DNA of 64,000 nucleotides from NCBI RefSeq assembly GCF_056712565.1, contig NZ_CM160072.1; one strand, 5' to 3'. Shown piece by piece: positions 1 to 12,963 of this stretch (position 1 is its first letter; each line of letters starts with the position of its first letter). The notes under the pieces were generated by a model. It saw only the letters and a program-made list of their open reading frames with translations, ran no database searches and was not told where the DNA came from. The position numbers and the translations under genes were made by a program.

Positions 1-788
1 GTACGTTCACGCAGCTCACGCACGATGTCGAGGTATGCTCCGGCAGGTTTAACCATCAGGCAGTCTGCGCCCTGGGCTTCATCCAGCAGCGACTCACGAA
101 TCGCCTCACGACGGTTCATTGGGTTCATCTGATAGCTTTTGCGGTCGCCTTTTAATGCGCTTCCGGCAGCTTCACGGAACGGGCCATAAAAGGAGGAGGC
201 GAACTTGGTCGAATACGACATAATCGCCGTATCTTTAAAGCCCGCAGCGTCCAGCGCCTGGCGAATCGCCTGTACCTGACCATCCATCGCGGCAGAAGGG
301 GCGATGAAGTCTGCGCCTGCAGCAGCTGCAACCACAGCTTGCTTGCCTAAATTTTCCAGAGTCGCGTCGTTGTCGACGCCATGCTCGCACAGAACACCGC
401 AGTGACCGTGAGATGTGTATTCACAGAAGCAGGTGTCTGACATAACGATCATTTCTGGCACGGTCTGCTTGCAGATGCGCGACATACGCGCCACCAGTCC
501 ATCTTCCCGCCAGGCATCGCTGCCGGTTTCATCGGTATGGTGAGAGATGCCGAAAGTCATCACGGAACGAATACCGGCGTTGGCGATGCGTTCAATTTCG
601 CGTGCCAGATGTTTCTCTGGAATGCGCATCACGCCTGGCATGGCTTCAACGGCTTTGTAGTCGTCAATTTCTTCTTCAACAAAGATCGGCAACACCAGGT
701 CGTTAAGGCTAAGTGTTGTCTCTTCAAACATAGCGCGCAGCGCAGGAGATTTGCGCAGGCGACGAGGGCGTTGGATTAAATCTGTCAT
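1..788 (-). CDS. hemB: porphobilinogen synthase, 5' portion (3' end lies beyond window start)
   Basis: Reverse complement of 744-788 reads [15 protein letters not shown], the HemB N-terminus; not in ORF track because the stop lies outside the window; downstream frame not checked codon by codon. Confidence 0.9.
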
Positions 789-1313
789 GGTCTGCCTGAT
801 GTTTGTGGAATCGAGGAGCATAGTATACCTGAAGCAGGCTGGGTGTGTTTTACGAAAGTTGTCGCGATGTTGACAAAAAGAGAATGAAAAAGAGGTCAGG
901 ACATCTTTGTAATAGAAATAGCAATAATTTCATATTCACTGAAAATATTTTTAATTTTTATTTATAGCCATAGATTATTGTTTTTGGGGATTTGGTGACG
1001 TTTCCAAAAAGTGAATAGCTTAAAGTTCATTGCTTATTGATACATTATTTGTCTGTTTTTGTTGTTTTATATTTTCATGGTCTATGTTTTAAAATTAACG
1101 CTTTCATTAACGTATTGAAATATTGTGTTTTTGTTATTTCTTTCTTTGTGTGTGTTCACGTGCTTTATATATGTCCGCAATCGGACTTAGGGGAAAGAAT
1201 AATTGAACCATTCCTCTATAACGCCGCATAATCGTAAACGCGAAACATAATATGTTTTCTATGCATTGATAATTGATGGATCAACTTATTACGTCCCTGA
1301 GGAGGGATGACAA

Positions 1314-1970
1314 ATGCACTCCTGGAAAAAGAAACTTGTAGTATCACAATTAGCATTGGCTTGCACTCTGGCTATCACCTCTCAGGCTAATGCAGCAAAC
1401 TATGATACCTGGGGGTATCATGACAACACCACGACCGATTTAGTTTGGCCGTATGACACTGACAATGATGGAATTGCCGATGCTGGCGGCATGGACCCGA
1501 TGGGTTCAGACGGTAACTACGTAACTTACAATGGTTTTGTTTACTATAACAATGCCAATGGCGATTTCGATACTGTCTTTAAAGGCGATACCGTTAACGG
1601 TACCATTTCTACTTATTACTTGAATCATGATTACGCTAGCGGTTCTGTTAACCAGGTAGATATCAGCAATTCAGTAATTCATGGGGCAATCACCTCTGAA
1701 CTGCCATTTGGTTATTACAGCATTACTCCTGCAGAAGTTAATGCTAAAGGTGAAGTTGTAACTCCACAGACCTATAATGGCTATAATTTCTATAACGGAA
1801 TCACTACTGACCTTGACTACAATTGGTACGATGGTGACGTATTCACTCTGAACGTATCCAATTCCACCATTGATGATGACTATGAAGCTCTTTACTTCAC
1901 TGACACATATCTTGATGGTGATAAATCTAAGTCAACCAATGAAACGTTCTATACCGCTCTGGGTGTTGCA
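1314..1970 (+). pseudogene. yaiT: autotransporter (yaiT-like), N-terminal fragment truncated by IS2
   Basis: ORF 1314..2057 starts with signal peptide MHSWKKKLVVSQLALACTLAITSQANA after SD GAGGAGGG; from 1971 the frame runs into the IS2 terminus. Confidence 0.8.
1966..1970. repeat. IS2 target-site duplication TTGCA, left copy
   Basis: TTGCA directly abuts the IS2 terminus at 1971 and recurs at 3302-3306. Confidence 0.8.
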
Positions 1971-1981
1971 TGGATTTGCCC

Positions 1982-2887
1982 CTATATTTCCAGACACCTG
2001 TTATCACTTAACCCATTACTGGCTTGCTGCCGTAGATATTCCCGTGGCGAGCGATAACCCAGTGCACTATGCGGATGCCATTCGTTATAATGCTCGAACG
2101 CCTCTGCAAGGTTCTTTGCTGCCGTTAACCCGTCTGGTTTGGGCATGACACTGATGTAGTCACGCTTTATCGTTTTCACGAAGCTCTCTGCTATGCCGTT
2201 ACTCTCCGGACTCCGCACCGCCGTGCTCTTCGGTTCAAGCCCCAACATCCGGGCAAACTGCCGTGTTTCATTAGCCCGGTAGCATGAACCATTATCCGTC
2301 AGCCACTCTACTGGAGACGCCGGAAGCTCGTTGCCGAAGCGGCGTTCCACCGCTCCCAGCATGACGTCCTGTACTGTTTCACTGTTGAAGCCGCCCGTAG
2401 TGACCGCCCAGTGCAGTGCCTCACGGTCACAGCAGTCCAGCGCGAACGTGACTCGCAGTTTTTCTCCGTTATCACAGCGGAACTCGAACCCGTCAGAGCA
2501 CCATCGCTGATTACTTTCTTTCACAGCCACTCTGCCTGTATGTGCCCGTTTCGATGGCGGTACAGCAGGTTTTCGCTCAAGCAACAGCGCATTCTGGCGC
2601 ATGATCCGGTAAACACGTTTGGCATTGATCGCAGGCATACCATCAAGTTCTGCCTGTCTGCGAAGCAGCGCCCATACCCGACGATAACCATACGTGGGCA
2701 GCTCTCCGATAACATGGTGTATACGGAGAAGCACATCCGTATCATCAGTGTGACGACTGCGGCGGCCATCCATCCAGTCATCGGTTCGTCTGAGAATGAC
2801 GTGCAACTGCGCACGCGACACCCGGAGACAACGGCTGACTAAGCTTACTCCCCATCCCCGGGCAATAAGGGCGCGTGCGCTATCCAC
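1982..2887 (-). CDS. insD: IS2 transposase OrfB (InsD), DDE integrase-like catalytic part
   Basis: 301-aa [37 protein letters not shown]..., recognised as IS2 InsD; overlaps insC 3' end in the -1 frame. Confidence 0.93.
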
Positions 2888-3210
2888 TTTTTTGCCCGTC
2901 CATATTCAACGGCTTCTTTGAGGAGTTCATTTTCCATCGTTTTCTTGCCGAGCAGGCGCTGGAGTTCTTTAATCTGCTTCATGGCGGCAGCAAGTTCAGA
3001 GGCAGGAACAACCTGTTCTCCGGCGGCGACAGCAGTAAGACTTCCTTCCTGGTATTGCTTACGCCAGAGAAATAACTGGCTGGCTGCTACACCATGTTGC
3101 CGGGCAACGAGGGAGACCGTCATCCCTGGTTCAAAGCTCTGCTGAACAATTGCGATCTTTTCCTGTGTGGTACGCCGTCTGCGTTTCTCCGGTCCTAAGA
3201 CATCAATCAT
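2845..3210 (-). CDS. insC: IS2 transposase OrfA (InsC), HTH DNA-binding part
   Basis: ATG at 3210 preceded by GGAGAG; translation [41 protein letters not shown]... (121 aa); ORF-track start 3255 rejected as upstream extension. Confidence 0.9.
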
Positions 3211-3301
3211 CTGCTCTCCAATGACTAGTCTAAAAACTAGTATTAAGACTATCACTTAAATAAGTGATATTGGTTGTCTGGAGATTCAGGGGGCCAGTCT
3301 A

Positions 3302-3306
3302 TTGCA
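3302..3306. repeat. IS2 target-site duplication TTGCA, right copy
   Basis: Direct repeat of 1966-1970 immediately outside the IS2 terminus. Confidence 0.8.
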
Positions 3307-5658
<2,352 letters not shown>

Positions 5659-5659
5659 A

Positions 5660-6346
<687 letters not shown>

Positions 6347-7504
6347 TCAGGATGCGGGGATAACCAACGGTTTATTCCCGCTTAGCTCGGTCACCAGGTC
6401 ATTGATGCCATCGCTCATATTTTTAAAGCGCGTCAACGGCGAACGAGTGACCACCACAAACGCGCCAATATTCTTCTGCGGGATCATCGCCATATAGGTA
6501 ATGAAACCGCCACCACCACCTGTCTTCTGAATAATCCCCGGACGACCCTCTTTCGGGGCCATATATACCCAGCCTAAACCAAGCGCATCCGCTTTGCCGG
6601 GGACATCCATGCCAATCACTTTTGTAAACTGCGCGCGCTGATAAATCAACGTCTGCATGCGATCAGCCTGGTTACTGCGCTGATAAAAATCAGATGACAA
6701 ATACTGCTGCATCCAGCGCATCATATCGCCTGGCGTGGAATAGACGCCGCCGCTGCCAATTGCCGCCAGCGTGTTATTGCACGGACTGGCACCGCGCTCA
6801 GCAACCATTAAACGGCGGCACTGATCCGGTGAGGGGGTGTAGGTGGTGTCTTTCATCCCCAACGGACGGGTAATCTGCTCTTCAAACAACTGGGTATAAG
6901 GCTTGCCGGACGCATTCGCCAGTGCATCTGCCAGCAGATCGAATGCGAGGTTGGAGTACGCGGCCTGGCTGCCCGGCGCGGCTTTTAGTTTGGCAGTGGA
7001 AAGGTATTTCCAGCGTTGCTCGCGCGTTGGCCAGACAAATACCGGACGATGTGCCGCGCCACCGGGCTGTTCACGGGGCAGGGCGCTGGTATGGGTTGCC
7101 AGATTCACCAGCGTAATGGGCGTCCCATTGTAGGTCGGTACGCGTGCGCCTGGCGGAGCATATTTACTTAGCGGATCGTTTAACTTCACGGTCCCCTGGT
7201 CGAGCAATTTCACCAGCATCTCACTGGTCATTAACTTGGTGAGGGAAGCAATACGTATGACGGAATCCAGCTGCGGGCGAACGTTATTACCAGGTCGCGT
7301 TTCGCCATAACTGCGAAAGACGCGCTGGTTACCGTCGATAACAACCAGCGCCATCCCCGTGGCACCGCTGCCGTAAAAAATATGATCGGCATAACGATCG
7401 ACAATATCAGAGGCAAACTCCGGTTCAGTGATCGGCTGCGCCGCATGGACGGAGGTCAATGACGCCGCATACAGCACGGCAGAAAAAAGCAGACTACGTT
7501 TCAA
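6347..7504 (-). CDS. ampH: penicillin-binding protein AmpH (class C beta-lactamase fold)
   Basis: 385 aa; signal peptide MKRSLLFSAVLYAASLTSVHA; active-site SxxK motif (IASLTK). Confidence 0.93.
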   Translation of the reverse strand: MKRSLLFSAVLYAASLTSVHAAQPITEPEFASDIVDRYADHIFYGSGATGMALVVIDGNQRVFRSYGETRPGNNVRPQLDSVIRIASLTKLMTSEMLVKLLDQGTVKLNDPLSKYAPPGARVPTYNGTPITLVNLATHTSALPREQPGGAAHRPVFVWPTREQRWKYLSTAKLKAAPGSQAAYSNLAFDLLADALANASGKPYTQLFEEQITRPLGMKDTTYTPSPDQCRRLMVAERGASPCNNTLAAIGSGGVYSTPGDMMRWMQQYLSSDFYQRSNQADRMQTLIYQRAQFTKVIGMDVPGKADALGLGWVYMAPKEGRPGIIQKTGGGGGFITYMAMIPQKNIGAFVVVTRSPLTRFKNMSDGINDLVTELSGNKPLVIPAS

Positions 7505-7855
7505 CGGTGGTGTCCATAGATTGAATGAAGGTAACTGAGCGTATTTATACTACTCATTGATGGATTGCAAAGGGCGAATTAGTGCAATAATAGTGTTAAA
7601 AACGTAACGGCGCGTAAACACGATCTTTTTCCTGCTCACCAATGCCTGCATTTGTGATCCTGCGCGTGTTAATCCGCTTATGTAAACAATCTTTGGTTTG
7701 TGAAACCCGTCGAAACAATTCTTATGGTCAGGCTGGCGAACTAAGCGCCTTGCTATGGGTCACAATGGGCAGTTTCATTTGGCTGACGCTTTGTAGCGGT
7801 CATGCGGTTAATACACAGCAGTTGTTAAAACGATAAGAAGTTAGCAGGAGTGCAT

Positions 7856-9076
7856 ATGTTTAAGTCTTTTTTCCCAAAGCCGGGAACGTTTTTTCTCTCG
7901 GCCTTTGTTTGGGCATTGATTGCCGTTATCTTCTGGCAAGCCGGTGGGGGTGATTGGGTGGCGCGTATCACCGGCGCTTCCGGGCAGATCCCGATTAGCG
8001 CCGCGCGTTTCTGGTCGTTGGATTTCCTGATTTTTTACGCTTACTACATTGTTTGCGTAGGACTTTTTGCATTGTTCTGGTTTATCTATAGCCCGCACCG
8101 TTGGCAATACTGGTCAATACTCGGTACTGCGCTGATTATCTTCGTCACCTGGTTTTTGGTGGAAGTCGGGGTTGCCGTCAACGCCTGGTATGCGCCGTTC
8201 TATGATCTGATTCAAACGGCGCTAAGTTCGCCGCATAAAGTCACCATCGAACAATTTTACCGCGAAGTGGGCGTCTTTCTGGGGATTGCGCTGATCGCGG
8301 TGGTGATCAGTGTGCTGAACAACTTCTTTGTCAGTCACTACGTGTTCCGCTGGCGTACGGCGATGAACGAATATTACATGGCGAACTGGCAACAACTGCG
8401 TCATATCGAAGGGGCCGCGCAGCGTGTGCAGGAAGACACCATGCGTTTTGCTTCAACGCTGGAGAATATGGGCGTCAGCTTTATCAACGCTATCATGACG
8501 TTGATCGCCTTCCTGCCGGTGCTGGTAACGCTCTCCGCACATGTGCCGGAGCTGCCGATTGTCGGGCACATTCCGTATGGTCTGGTGATTGCCGCTATCG
8601 TCTGGTCGCTGATGGGGACCGGATTACTGGCAGTGGTAGGGATCAAACTGCCGGGGCTGGAGTTTAAAAACCAGCGTGTAGAGGCTGCCTACCGTAAAGA
8701 GCTGGTTTATGGTGAAGACGATGCCACGCGCGCGACGCCGCCTACGGTACGCGAGCTTTTTAGCGCCGTACGGAAAAACTATTTCCGCCTCTATTTTCAC
8801 TATATGTATTTCAATATCGCCCGCATTCTCTATTTGCAGGTCGATAACGTTTTCGGTTTGTTCTTGCTGTTTCCGTCAATTGTTGCCGGTACGATTACGC
8901 TCGGCCTGATGACGCAGATTACTAACGTTTTTGGTCAGGTTCGCGGTGCTTTCCAGTACCTGATTAACTCATGGACCACACTGGTTGAGTTGATGTCTAT
9001 CTACAAACGTCTGCGCAGCTTTGAACATGAGCTGGATGGTGACAAAATTCAGGAAGTAACCCATACCTTGAGCTAA
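7856..9076 (+). CDS. sbmA: peptide antibiotic/microcin importer SbmA
   Basis: [28 protein letters not shown]..., multi-pass membrane protein; ATG 7856 chosen over GTG 7850. Confidence 0.93.
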   Translation: MFKSFFPKPGTFFLSAFVWALIAVIFWQAGGGDWVARITGASGQIPISAARFWSLDFLIFYAYYIVCVGLFALFWFIYSPHRWQYWSILGTALIIFVTWFLVEVGVAVNAWYAPFYDLIQTALSSPHKVTIEQFYREVGVFLGIALIAVVISVLNNFFVSHYVFRWRTAMNEYYMANWQQLRHIEGAAQRVQEDTMRFASTLENMGVSFINAIMTLIAFLPVLVTLSAHVPELPIVGHIPYGLVIAAIVWSLMGTGLLAVVGIKLPGLEFKNQRVEAAYRKELVYGEDDATRATPPTVRELFSAVRKNYFRLYFHYMYFNIARILYLQVDNVFGLFLLFPSIVAGTITLGLMTQITNVFGQVRGAFQYLINSWTTLVELMSIYKRLRSFEHELDGDKIQEVTHTLS

Positions 9077-9088
9077 AAAGGAGAAGTA

Positions 9089-10183
9089 ATGTCGCGCGTC
9101 AATCCTCTATCTTCGCTGTCATTGTTGGCGGTTCTGATTTTAGCGGGGTGTAGTAGTCAGGCTCCGCAACCGTTGAAAAAGGGCGAAAAAGCGATAGATG
9201 TGGCGAGTGTCGTGCGGCAGAAGATGCCTGCGAGCGTGAAAGACCGCGATGCCTGGGCGAAAGATCTCGCCACCACCTTTGAAAGTCAGGGGCTGGCACC
9301 GACGCTGGAAAACGTCTGCTCGGTGCTGGCGGTGGCGCAGCAGGAGTCAAATTATCAGGCAGATCCGGCCGTTCCGGGCTTAAGCAAGATCGCCTGGCAA
9401 GAGATTGACCGTCGTGCTGAACGGATGCACATTCCTGCTTTTCTGGTGCATACCGCGCTAAAAATCAAATCGCCAAACGGCAAAAGCTATAGCGAACGGT
9501 TAGATTCGGTGCGTACAGAAAAGCAATTGAGCGCGATTTTTGACGATCTGATCAGCATGGTGCCAATGGGGCAGACGCTGTTTGGTTCGCTCAATCCGGT
9601 GCGCACCGGTGGGCCGATGCAGGTCAGTATTGCTTTTGCCGAACAGCATACCAAAGGGTATCCGTGGAAAATGGACGGTACAGTCCGTCAGGAAGTCTTC
9701 AGTCGCCGCGGCGGGTTGTGGTTTGGTACTTACCATTTACTGAATTATCCCGCCAGCTATAGCGCGCCGATATACCGTTTTGCTGATTTTAACGCTGGCT
9801 GGTACGCCAGCCGTAATGCCGCGTTTCAGAACGCGGTCAGTAAGGCCAGCGGCGTGAAGCTGGCACTGGACGGTGATTTAATTCGTTACGACAGTAAAGA
9901 GCCCGGGAAAACCGAACTGGCAACGCGCAAACTGGCGGGAAAACTGGGGATGAGCGACAGCGAAATTCGCCGTCAGTTAGAGAAAGGGGACAGCTTCTCT
10001 TTTGAGGAGACGGCGCTGTACAAGAAAGTTTATCAACTTGCCGAAGCGAAAACCGGTAAATCACTACCCCGCGAAATGTTGCCTGGCATTCAACTGGAAA
10101 GCCCGAAAATCACCCGCAATCTGACTACGGCCTGGTTTGCGAAGCGCGTAGACGAACGGCGGGCGCGTTGTATGAAACAGTGA
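9089..10183 (+). CDS. yaiW: lipoprotein YaiW
   Basis: 364 aa; lipobox LAGCSS after signal peptide; 12 bp downstream of sbmA stop (operon). Confidence 0.9.
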   Translation: MSRVNPLSSLSLLAVLILAGCSSQAPQPLKKGEKAIDVASVVRQKMPASVKDRDAWAKDLATTFESQGLAPTLENVCSVLAVAQQESNYQADPAVPGLSKIAWQEIDRRAERMHIPAFLVHTALKIKSPNGKSYSERLDSVRTEKQLSAIFDDLISMVPMGQTLFGSLNPVRTGGPMQVSIAFAEQHTKGYPWKMDGTVRQEVFSRRGGLWFGTYHLLNYPASYSAPIYRFADFNAGWYASRNAAFQNAVSKASGVKLALDGDLIRYDSKEPGKTELATRKLAGKLGMSDSEIRRQLEKGDSFSFEETALYKKVYQLAEAKTGKSLPREMLPGIQLESPKITRNLTTAWFAKRVDERRARCMKQ

Positions 10184-10200
10184 TCAAACAGGAATGTCAC

Positions 10201-10231
10201 GCCAGATAAGGCGTTTTAGGCCGCATCTGGC
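10201..10231. repeat. REP element
   Basis: GCCAGATAAGGCG...GGCCGCATCTGGC palindromic unit between convergent yaiW and yaiY. Confidence 0.55.
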
Positions 10232-10241
10232 AACGTAAATC

Positions 10242-10550
10242 TTACTGGCGGCGATGTCGCCAGTGCAGCCATAGCGCCACTACTGCAAAAATGAGGCAGC
10301 CTACTAAAAACGGGATCAGCCCAAAAATGGTGCCGACACCTAAACCAATTTCCACCCGTGGGCGACCTGTTTCCTGGACCTGCATTAAACGCTCATAGAC
10401 GCCGGGCGCATGCACTAGCAGGTTCAGCAATTGCGCCCCAGCCCAAAAGCAAAACAGCACAAACAACGCATAGGCAATATTGCCAGGCGTTGAAGATGCA
10501 TTGCGATATTTTCCGCTAAACAGCGATTTTGACAGGGTGAAATCAGCCAT
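10242..10550 (-). CDS. yaiY: small inner-membrane protein YaiY
   Basis: 102-aa ORF with two hydrophobic segments. Confidence 0.85.
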
Positions 10551-10809
10551 AAAAACCTCCGGAAGTCATCTGCTTCTCTTCTGGTGTGATACCAGCGGCT
10601 TATGGCAAGTCTGACAGGTCATTTCGATTGTCAATATCAGAATCATGGTAAATTGATGTTGGGAATATTCCCGAAGCGTGAATCTTCGTTGTGAGTCACA
10701 AAATAGCAACCTTAAGTTAAATTTATTAACAATTGCGAAAGTGTTGTCTACACCACAGACAGTTGTTACAGAATATGCAAGGATGTTGTTTTTCGTTAAC
10801 GGAGCTGCC

Positions 10810-11022
10810 ATGAATCTGCCTGTAAAAATCCGCCGTGACTGGCACTACTATGCGTTCGCCATTGGCCTTATATTCATTCTTAATGGCGTGGTGGGGTTAC
10901 TGGGATTTGAAGCAAAAGGTTGGCAGACCTATGCCGTCGGTCTGGTGACGTGGGTGATTAGTTTCTGGCTGGCGGGGTTGATTATTCGTCGTCGCGATGA
11001 AGAAACTGAAAACGCCCAATAA
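10810..11022 (+). CDS. yaiZ: small membrane protein YaiZ
   Basis: ATG at 10810 (MNLPVKIRRDWHYYAFAIGLIFILNGVVGL..., 70 aa) preceded by GGAG; ORF-track start 10678 rejected. Confidence 0.8.
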   Translation: MNLPVKIRRDWHYYAFAIGLIFILNGVVGLLGFEAKGWQTYAVGLVTWVISFWLAGLIIRRRDEETENAQ

Positions 11023-11045
11023 GAATATTACCGGGCGTTTGAATA

Positions 11046-12140
11046 TTACATTGTGGTTTTCAGTGCGTTATCCGCAGCGTGACGCTCCAGCGCCAGCTCA
11101 ATCAAACGCGTGATCAGGTCGGTGTAACCCAGACCGCTGGCTTGCCACAGCTTCGGATACATACTGATGTTGGTGAAGCCAGGCAGGGTGTTGATCTCGT
11201 TGATCACTACTTCGTTCTCTGGGGTTAAAAACACGTCTACACGCGCCATGCCTGCGCATCCCAACGTCTGATAAGCCTGAACGGCAATCGCCCGGATCTT
11301 ATCGTTGATTTCTGGCGCAATGGCTGCTGGAACTACCACTTTCGCGCCATCTTCGTCAATGTACTTGGTGTCGTAGGCATAGAAATCGCTGGTGAGTACG
11401 ATCTCGCCACAGGTGCTTGCTTGCGGGTTATCGTTGCCAAGAACTGCGCATTCGATTTCACGACCTTTGATCCCTTGCTCAACGATCACTTTATGATCGA
11501 ACTCGAACGCCAGATCGACGGCAATTGTGTACTGTTCTTCACTGGTTACTTTGCTGACACCAACAGAAGAGCCCTGATTAGCCGGTTTTACAAACAGCGG
11601 TAACCCCAGTTTAGACTCCACTTCGGCAAAACTGATGTTGTGACGATTAGCGCGCGTCAGGGTAATAAATGGCGCAATGTTCAGCCCGGCATCGCGCAGC
11701 AGACGTTTGGTGACATCTTTATCCATACAGGCCGCTGAAGCCAGAACATCAGAACCTACAAACGGTAAATTGGCGACCCGCAGCATTCCCTGCAAGGAAC
11801 CATCTTCGCCCAGCGTACCGTGGACAATCGGGAAAATGACATCCACCGTCGGCAACGGCTGACCGTTTTGTGCGTCGATAAGCTGATGCTCATGTTTACC
11901 TGGCACCTGCGCAAGGCTGGTCGCCGAAGGACGCAACGCAATATGGGCAGGATCGTCTGCATTTAGCAGATAATTGCTGGCATCGCTGACGTGCCATTGC
12001 CCTTGTTTATCAATGCCCAGCAGCACAACATCGAAGCGACTTTTATCAATGGCATCGACAATGTTTTTTGCCGATTGCAGAGACACTTCATGTTCCGCTG
12101 ATTTACCACCAAAAACGATTCCTACCCGCAGTTTTTCCAT
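11046..12140 (-). CDS. ddlA: D-alanine--D-alanine ligase A
   Basis: 364 aa; [31 protein letters not shown]..., ATP-grasp fold. Confidence 0.95.
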   Translation of the reverse strand: MEKLRVGIVFGGKSAEHEVSLQSAKNIVDAIDKSRFDVVLLGIDKQGQWHVSDASNYLLNADDPAHIALRPSATSLAQVPGKHEHQLIDAQNGQPLPTVDVIFPIVHGTLGEDGSLQGMLRVANLPFVGSDVLASAACMDKDVTKRLLRDAGLNIAPFITLTRANRHNISFAEVESKLGLPLFVKPANQGSSVGVSKVTSEEQYTIAVDLAFEFDHKVIVEQGIKGREIECAVLGNDNPQASTCGEIVLTSDFYAYDTKYIDEDGAKVVVPAAIAPEINDKIRAIAVQAYQTLGCAGMARVDVFLTPENEVVINEINTLPGFTNISMYPKLWQASGLGYTDLITRLIELALERHAADNALKTTM

Positions 12141-12602
12141 CTTAAAAACCTATCCCGTCTAACACAAAGTGCATACATTACCACGACAAAACGGGGGATT
12201 CGCGGCCTTCTGACAGAATGTTGCAATCTTCTGCTGACAAAGCGAGCAACGTACTGGTGAAGAAAGTGCGTTATCTCAAAGATGTGTGCAAGATCACAAA
12301 AATGATGAACGGGAAGCTAATTTATTCCTGGCTTAAATGACCATGTGGTGAGTTTTTTCTCTTAATTATAAGATAACGAAGAGAATATATTTCATAACTT
12401 TTATTTATAATAAAGGTTGATAATTAAAGGCCTGTATTTTATGTGGGTAATTATTTAAATAAGAGAAACGTTTCGCTGGTAATCAAACAAAAAAATATTT
12501 GCGCAAAGTATTTCCTTTGTCATAAAAATAATACTTCCAGACACTATGAAGTTGTGAAACATAATGTTAACTTCTCCATACTTTGGATAAGGAAATACAT
12601 AC

Positions 12603-12863
12603 ATGAAAAATCTCATTGCTGAGTTGTTATTTAAGCTTGCCCAAAAAGAAGAAGAGTCGAAAGAACTGTGTGCGCAGGTAGAAGCTTTGGAGATTATCGT
12701 CACGGCAATGCTTCGCAATATGGCGCAAAATGATCAACAGCGGTTGATTGATCAGGTAGAGGGGGCGCTGTACGAGGTAAAGCCCGATGCCAGCATTCCT
12801 GACGACGATACGGAGCTGCTGCGCGATTACGTAAAGAAGTTATTGAGGCATCCTCGTCAGTAA
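12603..12863 (+). CDS. iraP: anti-adaptor protein IraP (RssB inhibitor)
   Basis: 86 aa; [40 protein letters not shown]... Confidence 0.92.
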
Positions 12864-12883
12864 AAAGTTAATCTTTTCAACAG

Positions 12884-12901
12884 CTGTCATAAAGTTGTCA
12901 C
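12884..12901 (+). promoter_or_regulatory. Pho box (PhoB binding site) of the phoA promoter
   Basis: CTGTCATAAAGTTGTCAC, two CTGTCA-type direct repeats spaced 11 bp, replacing the -35; TATAGT -10 at 12912-12917. Confidence 0.8.
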
Positions 12902-12963
12902 GGCCGAGACTTATAGTCGCTTTGTTTTTATTTTTTAATGTATTTGTACATGGAGAAAATAAA

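Larger units (their letters stand above)
1971..3301 (-). mobile_element. insertion sequence IS2 (IS3 family), complete copy
   Basis: 1331 bp; termini TGGATTTGCCCCTATATTTCCAGACA at 1971 and TGGTTGTCTGGAGATTCAGGGGGCCAGTCTA ending at 3301 form imperfect inverted repeats; encodes InsC and InsD in -1 frameshift arrangement; flanked by 5-bp direct repeat TTGCA. Confidence 0.93.

Noticed and set aside
1037-1231. 64-codon ORF in the AT-rich hemB-yaiT spacer
   Set aside because: Phe/Val/Cys-rich translation of an AT-rich tract with no ribosome-binding site; more likely promoter DNA.
2411-3145. Plus-strand ORFs of 66-143 codons inside IS2
   Set aside because: Antisense to insC/insD within the insertion sequence; no known IS2 product is encoded on this strand.
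12895-12963. Extended upstream starts suggested by the ORF track (phoA 12895, proC 16969, yaiI 16861, rdgC 21308, mak 21223, araJ 23806, sbcD 28232, acpH 36213, ribE 45775, yajQ 55614, yajR 57963, cyoE 58858, cyoD 59226, tsx 43286, yajI 44135)
   Set aside because: In each case an internal ATG or GTG with a Shine-Dalgarno sequence matches the recognised N-terminus; the longer forms would overlap neighbouring genes or promoter elements.
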